This document shows positions 1 through 12,322 of a stretch of 64,000 nucleotides of DNA, one piece after another. A program made the translations under genes and the position numbers. Position 1 is the first letter of the stretch, and every line of letters begins with the position of its first letter. The stretch is taken from contig CM059425.1 in assembly GCA_030390025.1 (NCBI GenBank), positions 169,944,001 through 170,008,000 on the forward strand, given 5' to 3'. Below the pieces are notes generated by a model, which saw nothing but the letters and a program-made list of their open reading frames with translations, was not told the origin of the DNA and ran no database searches. The DNA comes from Squalus acanthias. Taxonomy: Eukaryota.

Positions 1-460
1 ACAGAAGTGTAACAGGGTCTGGTCTAAATACACCAATTTGCAAAGAAGCATCCCTTGTCAAAATTTGCATGGATGGGGTCATTAGCACAGTCAGTCCACC
101 AGACCCTGCAAAGACGCATCAGCTACCTCCACCCAAACGGAGGTCTGGATTGTCAGAGTAGTGCCATGCTGCTCCAACACAGCAGGGAGACATGGGAAGG
201 GCCTCACAAAAATAGGGCAGCAGAGCTCTTCAGCTCCAAATGAGCTATCGAGCCATGCCTACATTATTGATCTCCTGCCGGATTTATTACCTTTTCCCTG
301 AGGCATTCTGGGGCCTTTACCAGGGCTACAACAGAACTCATGCCTGCCCTCAGCTCGGTCAGGTCTATATGTCAGTGCATTGGTCAGAATTTCCCAGGGA
401 AGCCGGGAATTCTACCAGACCAACCCCTTTCCAAAGGGAGTGGGGGATGCACAAGAGGCC

Positions 461-796
461 AGATCATAGAATCATAAAACCATACAAATTTACGGCACAG
501 AAGAAGGCCATTTGGCCCATTGTGTCTGTGCCGGCCAAAAAAGAGCTATCCAGCCTAATCCTACTTTCCAGCTCTTGGTCCGTAGCCCTTTAGGTCACTG
601 CACTTCAGGTGCATATCCAAGTACTTTTTATATGTGATGAGGGTTTCTACCTCTACCATCCCTTCAGGCAGTGAGTCCCAGACCCCACCACCCTCTGAGT
701 GAAAAAAATTCTCCTCAACTCCCCTCTAATCCTTCTACCAATTACTTTAAATCTAAGCCCCCTGGTTATTCACCCCTCTGTTAAGGGGAATAGATT
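461..796 (-). mobile_element. CR1 LINE 3' end fragment
   Basis: Short tandem tail (catagaat/cataaaac), then 'aggccatttggccc' and 'ccaccctctgagtgaaaaaaattctcctc', as in the other CR1 3' ends of this window. Confidence 0.8.
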
Positions 797-1207
797 TGGA
801 GGAATGCAGAGTTCTCGGAGGGTTGTAGGACTGGTGGAGGTTACAGAGATAGGGACGGGTGAGGCTATGGAAGAATTTGAACATGAGGATGAAAATTTTT
901 AATCTGAGGCATTGTTAGACCGGAGGCCAATGTAGCTCAGTAAGCACAAGGGTAAAATGGGTGAATGGGACTTGGTGTGGGTTAGGATACGGGCAGCAGA
1001 ATTTTGGACGAGGTCAGGTTTATGGATACTGGTAGATGGGAGGCTGGCCAGGAGAGCATCGAAATAGTCTAGTCTGGAGGTCGCAAAAGTATAGATGAGG
1101 GTTTAAGCAACAGATCGATTAAGGCAGGGTCAGAGACGGGCGAGGTTACGAAGGTGGAAGTAGGCAGTCTTGGTGATTGAGAGGATATGGGGTCGGAAGC
1201 TCATCTT
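797..1207 (-). mobile_element. L2-like LINE fragment
   Basis: Similar to the L2 copies at 25380-25586 and 59570-59645 ('gttacagagataggg...', 'gaatgggacttggtg'). Confidence 0.75.
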
Positions 1208-1885
1208 CAAGATACCAAGAAACATCATTAGGATTTAAGCAACACAAACATTAGGAAAGAAAATGTTAATTCTTATATTTATTTTCCTATTTCTCACTGA
1301 ACAATATGAGCAATTATCGAAATAAATTGATCTCTGTTTATTTTGCCCACTCAGCTTCCCATCTGAAATATGAAAGTTGACTACATCTGCATGCATAGGA
1401 TCAGGCTATTTCTGTGTTTGTTAATTGGAGCCTGTCCACCTCCTTCTGCCTAAGACCTTGAGGTTAATGGAAACTACCTTCTCATTTCATTGCAGGCTAA
1501 ACACGCCATTGTAGTGTGCAAAGCAGATTGCCAAGGGTTGACATTAATAGTTTATTTTACATGTGTGCAAGTGAAAGGGCTTATTATTATAGTGGCTGCA
1601 ATGTGAATCAGCCATTCTGTCAGCTCAAAAATCATGCTTTAAATTGCTATATTTTCACTGGTGATACAGGACGTAAAACAACATACATTTTGAATAGCTG
1701 CCACTGTTAACAAAAAGTAATTTAAAGCTGGGACATTGGCAAAATATAAACACCATGTAGATTTCTGCTCGCACAGACCACGGCAGAGTAATACTAGTGC
1801 AGTATAAACATCTAGTTTTCCTCCCCTAAAAAGTAACTTAAGTTTGCAATAAAATCAGAAAATGCTGGAAAAACACACCAGGTGA

Positions 1886-2604
1886 ATTAGATAGCGCCGG
1901 CCTTCTGGCACAAACTGGGCGCAGGAGATGGTTCCTGTACCAGAACGATTAGGCCCGAGGCACACTCAATATTGGGCCTCAGGCCTCATTTAAATTAGAC
2001 AGGCAAGCTTTGGATGCCTGCCTTGTGTCTCCAGGCAGCTTGCCAGCAAAGTGGATTCGAATTTTCAGGCCATTGTGTCGCGGGCAGCAGCCCTCAGGTA
2101 GGTCTGGGGATGGGGCAATCGGAAGGGGGAAAGCAATCAGGAGGGGGCTGAGTGTGAACCAGCTATGGTCTTCGGGACTGCTATGGAGCGAGGAAGAGGA
2201 ACTTCTGCTCTTCCCAGCTCCACATTTAGGCAAGTAAGTATTTAAAAAAAAATCTTACCATTATGGTTGCAGCCTCCAGTTGTCCCTTTAAGGATCGCTG
2301 GTTAGGTCGCATATAGACTTGGTTATTCTGAACGCAGCCAACCCAGCATCGGCTGGGGGTTGAGGGCAAACCAATTTCAGGAAAGGATCCTGAAACAAAC
2401 GTTAGGCCCCCTATTTGCATATGCAAAGGTCTTAATGCCTGTTTCAGGTGTGAGCCCTGCATGGCTTTACTTCAGTTTTTACCAATATGGCAGGTGCTGC
2501 ACTTCTGGTGCAGAATGCGAGCATGCACACTGCTTACCATATTGGTGCTCAGGTGCCCGTTTTACGCCTGTAAAATGGGCGGAGCATCAACAAATTTCTA
2601 GGCC
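1886..2604. mobile_element. Non-autonomous Harbinger-like element (octamer-motif family); left edge approximate
   Basis: Ends in aaatttctaggcc, the reverse complement of the ggcctagaaatt terminus at 61767; internal ttaggccccctatttgcatatgcaaagg shared (inverted) with 36912 and 53710. Confidence 0.55.
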
Positions 2605-2692
2605 ACAGTTGTCTGACAGCATCTGTAAAGAAATAATGTAGGTTAATGTTTCAAGTGCGGACCTTCAACAGAACTGATAAATCTGTGAAAAT

Positions 2693-3313
2693 GGGGGGAG
2701 TTTTAACATGGGTGAGCAGGTGGGTGTGGGTGCAGGTGGAGGGTTAAATGGGCAAAAATTGTATACTGTCGGAAAACTGGCTCCAACTTGCCGACTTCTG
2801 GGTTTTACTGAGGTGGGACAAGGGGCGGGCAGCCAACCCGTTCCCTGGAGGCGGGTTGGCATTTTAAATATGTTGATGAGGCTGGAAGCCTCGGATTTAA
2901 CCTGCTTTGCAGCTTTCACTATTGCCAGCCTGGTTTCACGGGCTTCCTCCCAACCCCCCAAAGCTCCCTCACCATCAGACTTCCCCCCCCCGCCATACAA
3001 AGCTTCCCCCGCCCCCCAGATCAGACCCCCCTCCTCCGGGTTGGGGATCGGACCTAACTGGTCCTGGGGACTCCTATGTGAGTGTTCCCCCCCAATTGGA
3101 AGCCAAGCCTGTCAATCAGGCTGACTTCTGGGTGGGGAACCTGTCAGGGCCAAGAGTTGCATGCTGAGGAGTTAAATATCCACAGTGTGTGGGGAAACCC
3201 AGACTTCCGGGTTTCCCATGTGCTACTGGACCCCCAACCCCCCCTCACCGCCCCCCCCCCCCCACCCCCCCCCCCCCCCCCGCTCCCAGCGCGTCGGGAA
3301 GTTTAAATTCCCC
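2693..3313. mobile_element. MITE-like non-autonomous DNA element
   Basis: Imperfect TIRs ggggagttttaac / gtttaaattcccc; similar left end at 33532. Confidence 0.5.
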
Positions 3314-3473
3314 TGAATGAGTCAACATCCAAAACTGATGCGAACTGACCCACTGTGTATTTCTAATATGTTCTGCTTTTATCTAGAAGTTTGTATTTTT
3401 GTTGCATGAGACCAGACCACATCAGTCTACTTGTAACTACTTGTAACGCAAGCCGAGCACAGCTGGTTGGTTA

Positions 3474-3590
3474 CAAGCCAAATGTAAAATCGTTGGGCTT
3501 CACTAAGGCCAATGGCCCGGAAGACCCGCTAAAAAATGTCCTTCCCAGCAGTTGCTCTTAGTAAGCCCCAACACTTTTACATTTGGCTTG
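3474..3590. repeat. Imperfect inverted repeat (~34-bp arms)
   Basis: caagccaaatgtaaaatcgttgggcttcactaag (3474-3507) pairs with cttagtaagccccaacacttttacatttggcttg (3557-3590). Confidence 0.85.
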
Positions 3591-4736
3591 CTGCTAGCTG
3601 CGTGAGACCTGTGCTCAGGGAACCCAACAGCATCAGGACAGGGCTCATATAATATAAAATATTAAACAATACTACAGAGAAATTCAGAGGAACATTTCAC
3701 CAAACAAAAACACACTATTAAGTTATGCAAGGCACTACTAGAATAATGAACAGAGAGAAAATGAGCTATGACTTTGGTTAATACCACTCCAAATAAATAC
3801 GTAGGGTGTCATTTAACATTCAGAGGATTAACTTCTGTGGCAGCTTTCAAGTTACAGAAATTTGCTCACATGCAACCCCATTAACGATACTTTTATGTAA
3901 AGTACTCTCATAAACTTATTCTCACATTAATTAAATGTCAGGAGTCCAGTGGTGAGTCACTTGTTTTTACCCCAGGACATCAAGAAAAAAAACTATTGAA
4001 CAGTCTGAGTGCAGAAACTACTGGGGAAGTCAACAGAAAGTCAATTCATTTTACTGAGATAAAGCTCTGTCTTTAAGACAAAATGTCATCTCTGATAAAG
4101 CATTTCCGATTAGAATATGTTGATGTCAACTCAAGTTGTCAGGCTTATCAGTGACATTTTACCAGGTAAAAAAGACCATTTACTATTACAATAATTTGAT
4201 TACTGTGTGAATGGGGCTCTGAAGTAAAATGTATTGGAAGTGTTGCTTGATTCTTCAATTGCAATTTTCTTAGAGTAAACTGAAATATCCTTAATGTTCA
4301 CCTTTTTATTTCTTATAGTGTGGAAGTGCTACCATAGTCCTCAAAGACTTCAGATCCTTCCTGATAAGATAATCTCCTTTGCAAATAAAGAGCTAATCCT
4401 TTAAAGAAACATTACTCTCTCATGGTATTATTTACAACACTATAGAATTGGTCTTTCGAATGATTGAAAATGAGGAATTACCGCAATTATACAACATTTT
4501 ATTTTTTGGTGCTTGAGGTAGAGGATGTTAATGCTTGAGATTGGAACTCTTGCCATTTCAGGCCCCTAAGGGGATCTTCTCCTGGGTCACTGGAGCGCAG
4601 TGAAAATCAAACAAGCATGCAGTCAGAGCATTCACCAAAAAGTCTCTTGCTTGATTTGCTTTCCATTAATTTAAATAGAAAGACAATTGTCCAGAGTCCT
4701 TTACAGGTCTGCACTCTGACCTGCCCAATTTTCTGA

Positions 4737-5153
4737 AACTCAAGAAGCTTGACACCATCCAGGACAGAGCGTCCCGCTTGATCGGTACCTCATCCACAAG
4801 TTTAAACATCCACTCCCTCCACCACTGGCATACCAGTGTATACCATCTACAGGATACACTGCAGCAAGTCATCAAGACTTTTTCGACAGCATCTCCCAAA
4901 CCCACCATTACCTAGAAGGACAAGGGCAGCATGTGCTTGGGAACACCATCACCATTCCAAATATCGCCGTTTCTTCATCGTCACTGGGTCAAAATCCAGG
5001 AACTCCCCACCTTACAGCATTGTGGAAATACTTTCACCATATGGACTGCATTGGTTCAAGAAGGAGGCCCAGCATCACCTCCTTAAGGGCAACTAGGGAT
5101 GGACAATAATTGCTGGCCTTTCCAGTGATGCCCACATCCCAAGAATAAAAAAA
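4737..5153 (+). mobile_element. LINE 3' fragment (L2/CR1-group, Crack-like)
   Basis: Homologous to 9833-10300 (LKKLDTIQD..ARLIG; tail ggcaactagggatgg...cccacatccc followed by A-rich end). Confidence 0.8.
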
Positions 5154-6754
5154 AGATGGTCAGCCAAAAAGATGGGTCACCCAGTCTCCCCAAAAAACAA
5201 TCAAATCTAATGCTAAATGGGGTTCAATAGCTCACAAACTTTGTAAATCTATGATACTTTTGAAGTCCATTTGTTGACTTATTTATAAAAAATAAATTTT
5301 AAATCAGGTACCTTACCCATCCCTGAATCAGGAACAAAACTGCACACTGACACTGAAATGGCCAATTTACCATTTCCTTACAAGATTACTGTGAGTCGCC
5401 ACAGATTAACTCGATGCTGAATCCTTATTCATGCAGCAGTAAACAGGTGAATAAGTAACTCATTCTTATTTCCTGACTAAGGAAAGAGGAAACAGAAGCA
5501 GTTATACCAATAGACTGTTATTTATGGTGACAAGTACAAATTGATTAGAAGATGTGCTCTGAGAAGTCAGCAGCGTGATTACCATAATTTCATTTCTTTT
5601 GCTCATTTGAAATTCAGTTCCCTGGAAGTTTCTGCCAGTAGTTCACAGCATGGTTGATAATGATTTTGACTTTCATTAATTGAAATAATCTAAGCTCTGT
5701 TCAGTGCAATTTTCTAAAGAGTCCTGCTTAATGTTTTACTGTTTTATTTTCAGACAAGAGTGAGTCCAAAAGGTCATGGGGTTACTACATTTAAAGCATC
5801 ATCATACCGTTTATGTAGACATCTGGCAATTTATCATTCATAAATAAATGAATTGAGGTCAGAAATAGGTTGAATATCAATTCTCATCACCACATATTTT
5901 TTGTAAAATCTATATATTGTGAGAATTAACCTACCCTGGTCCTCTTACTGACTTCCATAAAATTGATCAAGATTAAAAATGACCAAATGCCACAGTAACC
6001 AGCCGTGAAACTGACAAAATAGAAATTCAAATATGCAAATATTATTAATATATTCTTGAACATATTTTCACAACAGTTTTTTAATCAGCTGTTGGGGTAT
6101 TTCATGTTTACCAAGTAAGATGTAAATGCTGCTGTTTGCATTGTACTCCCCAGGTCCCGCTAACTTATGTTTTGCATTCCAACACAGTAGAAAAGGCATA
6201 ATATTTGCAGACAGTTTTGCTGTACTGCATTGACCCATCTGGATTACTAGTGATAAGGCAAGATATAAGGTAAAGCATGAAAATTCTGAAGAAGAAAAGA
6301 GTTATCCAGCCGTTTCAGTGTGTCAACTTCTATCCTGCCTCTGGCGTTTATGCAGGGGAAGAGAAAGGTGGAATATTATCTTTCTTGTATCTATGTGAAG
6401 ATACATAAATGGTTTTTCAAATAGCGCAGTAAATTCAGAAATGCTTAAAATGCAGAGCAGAATGGTTAGCATCTGAAAGAGAAGATTAGTTAATGTTTCC
6501 TGTGTAACTATTCATCAATATTTTTTCAGAATTCCAGCATTCATGGTCTTTATTTTTATCACTGGATTTTGTCAGTCAGATTTCTATTTATTTCAAGAGT
6601 GTTGGGAATAGTTAAATAATATTTTCTGCGTGAAATGAAATTCAGATCTGATCTTGCCTCACAAGTAAACTGTAAAGCTGCTTGGGAACAATTCTTGCCG
6701 GGCACCTTACCAGGCTTGCGAACAGAGGAGTATACGATCGGTAAAGTGATAATG

Positions 6755-7565
6755 CCATTGGATCACAGATCTAGTTCAGCCTCAGACAGTGGGTAGGGAG
6801 GGGGATGGAATCAATGGCAAAGGAACAAGTTTGTGGCAAGGGCTGATGACAATGGCTTCAGTCTTCCCAATGTTTAATTGTAGAAATTGTGGCTCATCCA
6901 GGATGGATGTCGGACAAGCAGCCTAACAACACAGAGGTAATGTAGGGGTCGAGAGAGATGGTGGTGAGGTAGAGCTGGGTGTCGTCAGTGTACATGTGGA
7001 GCCTGATGTCATGTCTTCGAATGATGTTGCCAAGAGGCAACATGTAGAGGAGAAGTAGGATGGGGCAAAGGATAGATCCTTGGGGGACTCCAAAGGTAAT
7101 GGTGCGGTGTTGGGAAGAGAAACCATTGCAGGTGATTCTCTGGCTATGACTGGCTAGATAAGAATGGAACCAGGCAAAGGCAATCCCACTCAGGTGGACA
7201 ACGGAGGAGGAGGAAGGTGTGGTGGACCGTTTCAAAGGCTGCAGAGAGGTTGAGAAGGCTGAGGAGGGATAGTGCACCATGGTCACAGTCACAGAGGATA
7301 TAATTTGTGACTTTGATTAGGCCTGTTTCAGTACAGGCAAAGGTGGAAACTTGTTTGGCGAAGTTCAAACATGGAGTTGCGGGACAGATGAGCACGGATT
7401 TGCGACAATGCATTCAAGGACTTTGGAGAGGAAAGGGACGTTCGAGATGGAGTGGTAGTTTGCAAAAACAAAGAGGTCAAGGGAGTTTTTTTCAAAAGCA
7501 AGTGATGACAGCAGATTTGAAAGGGAGAGGGACAGTACCTGAGGCGAGGGAACCATTTCCAATGT
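6755..7565 (-). mobile_element. L2 LINE RT fragment (degenerate)
   Basis: Minus-strand ORFs with FGVPQGSIL, HMYTDDTQLY and SNVPFLSKVLE RT motifs. Confidence 0.9.
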
Positions 7566-7805
7566 CAGTTGAACACTGGCAGCATCACAGCCATCCTGTC
7601 CTCACCCAATCTGCAAAGGTTACTGCCTGGAGATCAGGAGTAGGAACCCTGGCCAATTTTCCCTTCCCTAACCAAGATTTACTGAGGCCAATTGAGGTGC
7701 TCCTTTCCCAGCTCAACATAAGCCAGCGAACTCGGCACAGTCTCAGATTTGAACCTGGGTCCTTCCAGGTTTGGATGGGCCAGCTGCTTAAATGCACTGA
7801 GGTAT
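7566..7805 (-). mobile_element. tRNA-derived SINE, Deu-domain-like
   Basis: Minus strand has a B-box-like ggttcaaatc and gggtgaggacaggatggctgtgatg; related copy at 33285-33525. Confidence 0.55.
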
Positions 7806-9131
7806 TGGAGGATCCGACACATACATTTCAGAAATGACTTTTTAGGGTGGAGTCATCCTGATTGTATGAGGAACTAAATCTGCTTGAAAACTTGTCAGTA
7901 CATGCTTTTATTACTGTTAAAGTAATATTCACAAAAAGGTAATGGTTTGACTATGCTGCAAAGGAAAGCAGGGCCAGGAACAGCATTCTTCACATTCTTC
8001 TGTGGTTCTAAGGAATTCAAGAGGATAGTATCATGTTCAGGTGTCTATTAAACTAGTTGTTTAAGCTCTGCATTATTTCGCAAGCAAAATTAATCTTTTT
8101 GACAGCAGTACAATAATTAAAATGAACAGTAATTTAAGTCATGACCTGTAATTGAATCAGCTATTACCATATTTTCCCGTACATAACTTGCATCATGTAA
8201 TGGAGGTTTATGACTTAATGTGGTATTGCTCGTAGAGATTAAAAGAAAGAACCTGCATTTATATAGTGCCTTATTATATCTTCAGGATGTCGCAAAGTGC
8301 TTCACCACCAATTAATTACTTTTAAAGCACTGTCACTCATTAGTAGACTGCAAATATAACAGCAAAAATCTGCCATAAATGTATAATAATAAATTCCTTA
8401 GGAATGTAGCACTTCTACTGGTCCACCAGAGTCAACATGGGTAGGCTTAACATATGGTGAGCTGTTGTCCTCCTGTAGCCTGAACCCATTTTCAGTTTGT
8501 GCATTGGACAATGGCACACACGTTGTGTCTGTCGGTTCAGCTGGCCTGAAGGGAGGTGAGACGGGTGTGTTTAAGGAATTGATTCCCTGAATTATGTTAA
8601 TGTAAAATCAGTTAATGGTACTTCAAAAAATTCTATCATCACGAGGAATTAAGTTACATTGGACTAAAAATCCGATTGCATAGCACCCGTTGTTTGGGTC
8701 GAAAATGGCATCCGAGCCACGCACGCACAATTCTGATTCGGGTGGCACCGGACACCATCTTGATGATGGCATTAGCGTTGGCGCTGAGAGCGAGCATACT
8801 AATTATGTAGAGTAGGCAGATCATGTCATCAATCAGCGTGCAATGCTGATTTGACACCAGTGCTGCCATTTTAGTCTTCAACGCTGAAAGTAATACGCTG
8901 TCTTAACTTCGCACAGCTGCAAGGACCCCCCCACCAGCGATATTTAAAGGGATCAGCAACCATTCTCAGGTGAGTTGCTGATTAATTTCTAGTGGCTCTA
9001 TGTAAGTTGTGGAAGTGTTTGCAGCTTTCTAGGGTTGTTTAAAGTTGGTGAGGTGACAGGGAGTGGTGCTGCAAGTGGAGAAGGCTTTGGTTCTGACTTC
9101 AAGGGTTCTGGTCAGACCACTTGCTCCAGTC

Positions 9132-10790
9132 ATAAGTGCTCTAGTTGTCATCCCCCTTGGCTTGCAGCATGACAAGGAGATGGAGCAGAGGCAGCGAAGA
9201 AGAGACAAGATGCTCACAGAGGGAGGAGGGGGAGAAGGGCTCTCAGCAGGAGGCCTTACCCACCTAGGTTCTTCCGAGAGCAATTTTGTTACCTCAACCT
9301 AAGCCGGGAGCAGTGTGTGAGGCATCTGCACTTTACGAAGGAGGTGCTCACAGAACTCTGCCACCTCTTGCAACCAGACCTGCGGCCTCACACCAGGGCA
9401 AGGACAGCGCTGCCAGTTGCTGTGAAAGAGACCATGGGCCTGAATTTCTTTGTGTTGGGATCCTTCCAGGCTGGAGCAGGCAACATCTGTAATATCTCCC
9501 AGTTCGCCATCCACTGCTACATAAAAGTGGTGACAGGTGCTTTTTATGCCAGGAGTTGGGTACTTCATTGTCTTCTCTCTGATCAGAGAGAAGCAGGCGG
9601 TGCGTGCACATGGCTTTTCTAGGCTAACGGGCTTCCCCATGGTGCAGGGAGCCATCGACTGCACACATGTGGCTTTGCGGGCACCGCATCGAAATGCTGA
9701 GATGTTCCGCAACCGCAAAGGTTACCACTCGCTGAATGTGCAGTTGGTGTGTGACCATGCCCAGCACATCATGATGGTGAAGGAGTGTGATGGAATACTC
9801 TCCACTTGCCTGGATGAGTGCAGCTCCAACAACACTCAAGAAGCTCGACACCATCCAGGACAAAGCAGCCCGCTTGATTGGCACCCCATCCACCACCTTA
9901 AACGTTCACTCCCTTCACCACCGGCGTACCGTGGCTGCAGTGTGTACCATCTACAACATGCACTGCAGCAACTCACCAAGGCTTCTTCAGCAGCACCTCC
10001 CAAACCCACGACCTCTTCCACCTAGAAGGACAAGGGCAGCGGGCGCAGGGGAACACCACCACCTCCAAGTTCCCCTCCAAGTCGCACACCATCCTGACTT
10101 AGAAGTATATCGCCGATCCTTCATCGTTGCTGGGTCAAAATCCTGGAACTCCCTACCTAACAGCACTGTGGGAGTACCTTCACCACACGGACTGCAGCGG
10201 TTCAAGAAGGCGGCTCACCACCACCTTCTCAAAGGCAATTAGGGATGGGAAATAAATGCTGGCTTTGCCAGCGACGCCCACATCCCATAAACAAATTTAA
10301 AAAAATGTTTTTTAAAGAATGCCCGGTATCCTGGCAGCAGTCATGATGCTTTCATTTTGCGCCAGTCCACTGTTCCTTCAGTCTTTGAGACACCAAGACA
10401 AACCAGAGGTTGGCTACTGGGCGACAAGGGCTATCCGCTGACCACCTGGCTCATCACTCCGCTCCGCAATCCAACCACACGTGGGCAGCATGTTTATCAT
10501 GAGAACCATGCGGCAACATGGAATCTGATAGAGTAGACCATTGGCGCCCTTAAACAATGCTTCCGCTGCCTCAACCGCTCTGGAGGAGCCCTCCAGTACT
10601 CAGCAGAATGCATCTCAAGATTTGTCCTGGTCTGCTGCATGCTCCTCAACCTTATCATCATCAGGGCCCAGCCCTTGCCACCAGGAATACAGCAACCAGC
10701 TGAGGAGGAGGAGGAGGAGGAGGAGAAAGCAGAAGAGGAGGAGGAGGAAGAAAAAGAGGAGGAAGCGGGAGAGGAGGAAGCGGAAGAGGA
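9132..10790 (+). pseudogene. Harbinger (HARBI1-like) DDE transposase pseudogene, interrupted by a LINE at 9783-10316
   Basis: GFPMVQGAIDCTH...NRKGYHSLNVQLVCD, resuming after the insert as NARYPGSSHDAF, GDKGYPL and a poly-E tail; frameshifts and stops. Confidence 0.92.
9783..10316 (+). mobile_element. LINE 3' fragment (L2/CR1-group, Crack-like) inserted in the transposase
   Basis: MEYSPLAW...SLHHRRTVAAVCTIY ORF and 3' tail; splits the host codon gtgaa|t. Confidence 0.85.
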
Positions 10791-12224
10791 GAACATATGA
10801 ACATAAGAAATAAGGCCAGGAGTAGGCCATTTGGCCCCTCGAGCCTGCTCCGCCATTCAATAAGATCATAGATGATCTTCTACCTCAACTCCACCTTCCC
10901 ACACTATCCTCATATCCATTGAGTCCCTTAGTATCCAATCTATTAATCTATGTCTTGAATATACTCAACGACTGAGCATCCACAGCTCTCTGGGGTAGAG
11001 AATTCCAAAGATTCACAGCACTTTGAGTGAAGAAAGTTCTCCTCATCTCAGTCCTAAGTGACCGATCCCTTGTTCTGAGACAATGCCCCCTAGCTCTCGA
11101 CTCTCCAGCCAGGGGAAACAACCTCTCAGCATCTTGCCTGTCAATCCCCCTCAGAATCTTATATGTTTCAATGAGATCACCTCTCATTCTTCTAAACTCT
11201 GGGGAATATAGGCCTAGTCTACTCGATCTCTCCTCATAGGACAATCCCCTCAGTCCAGGAATCAGTCTAATGAACCTTCGTGGAACTCCCTCTAAGGCAA
11301 GTATATCCTTCCTTAGGCAAAGAGACCAAAATTGTACACAGTACTCCAGGTGTGGTCTCACCAAGACCCTATCCAACTATAGTAAGACTTCCCTACCCTT
11401 ATACTTCAATCCCTTTGTAATAAAGGCTAACATACCATTTGCTTTCCTAATTGCTCGCTGTACCTGCATGTTAAGTTTCTGTGATTCGTGTACAAGGACA
11501 GCCAGGTCCCTCTGAATACCAACATTTCCCAGTCTCACAATTTAAAAAATACTCTGCTTTTCTATTTTTCCTACCAAAGTGGATAACTTTACACGTCTAC
11601 ACATCATGCCACGTTCTTGCTCACTCACTTAACCTATCTATATCCCTTTGCATCCTCCTCACAGCTTACTTTCCCACCTAACTTTGTATCATCAGCAAAC
11701 TTGGATACATTACACTTGGTTCCCTCATCTAAGTAATTAATGTAGATTGTAAATAGCAGAGGCCCAAGTACTGATCCTTATAGTACCCCACTAGTTACAG
11801 CCTGCCAACCTGAAAATGACCCGTTTATTCCTACTCTCTGTTTTCTGTCCGTTAACCATTCCTCAATCTATGCTAGTATATTACTCCCAATTCCATGAGC
11901 TCTAGTTTTGTGTAGTAACCTCTTGTGTGACACCTTATCGAAAGCTTTTTAAAAATCCAAATACATTACATCTGCTGGTTCCCCCTTATCTATTCTGCTA
12001 GTTACAACCTCAAAAAACAGATTTGTCAAACACGATTTTCCTTTCATAAATCTGTGTTGACTCTGCCCAATCATATTATGATTTTCTAAGCGCCCTGTTA
12101 CCACTTCCTTAATAATAGATTCGAGCAATTTCACTACTACTGATGTTAGGCTAACAGGCCTATAGTTCCCTGTTTTATCTCTCCCTCCTTTCTTGAATAG
12201 CAGGGTTACATTTGCTACCTTCCA
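10791..12224 (-). mobile_element. CR1 LINE copy A, 3' part
   Basis: acataaga-like tail; RT C-terminus VRPHLEYCVQFWS; NYRPVSLTS. Confidence 0.9.
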
Positions 12225-12322
12225 TAGAAACATAGAAACATAGAAGATAGGAGCAGGAGTAGGCCATTCGGCCCCTCTAGCCTGCTCCGCCATTCAATGC
12301 GATCATGGCTGATCATCCAAAT

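Larger units (their letters stand above)
8661..10790 (+). mobile_element. Harbinger/PIF DNA transposon remnant (transposase side), truncated by a CR1 insertion
   Basis: Terminus ggactaaaaatcc; TATA-like gatatttaaagggatc at ~8939; transposase pseudogene downstream. Confidence 0.8.

Noticed and set aside
2645..2680. Hammerhead-like remnant (minus strand ctgttgaaggt...gaaacattaac)
   Set aside because: The core is mutated (CTGTTGA) and the stems are poor; at most a decayed pLTR of a second PLE family.
3236..3281. Poly-C tracts (also 18388-18427)
   Set aside because: Simple homopolymer expansions inside TEs, and prone to sequencing error.
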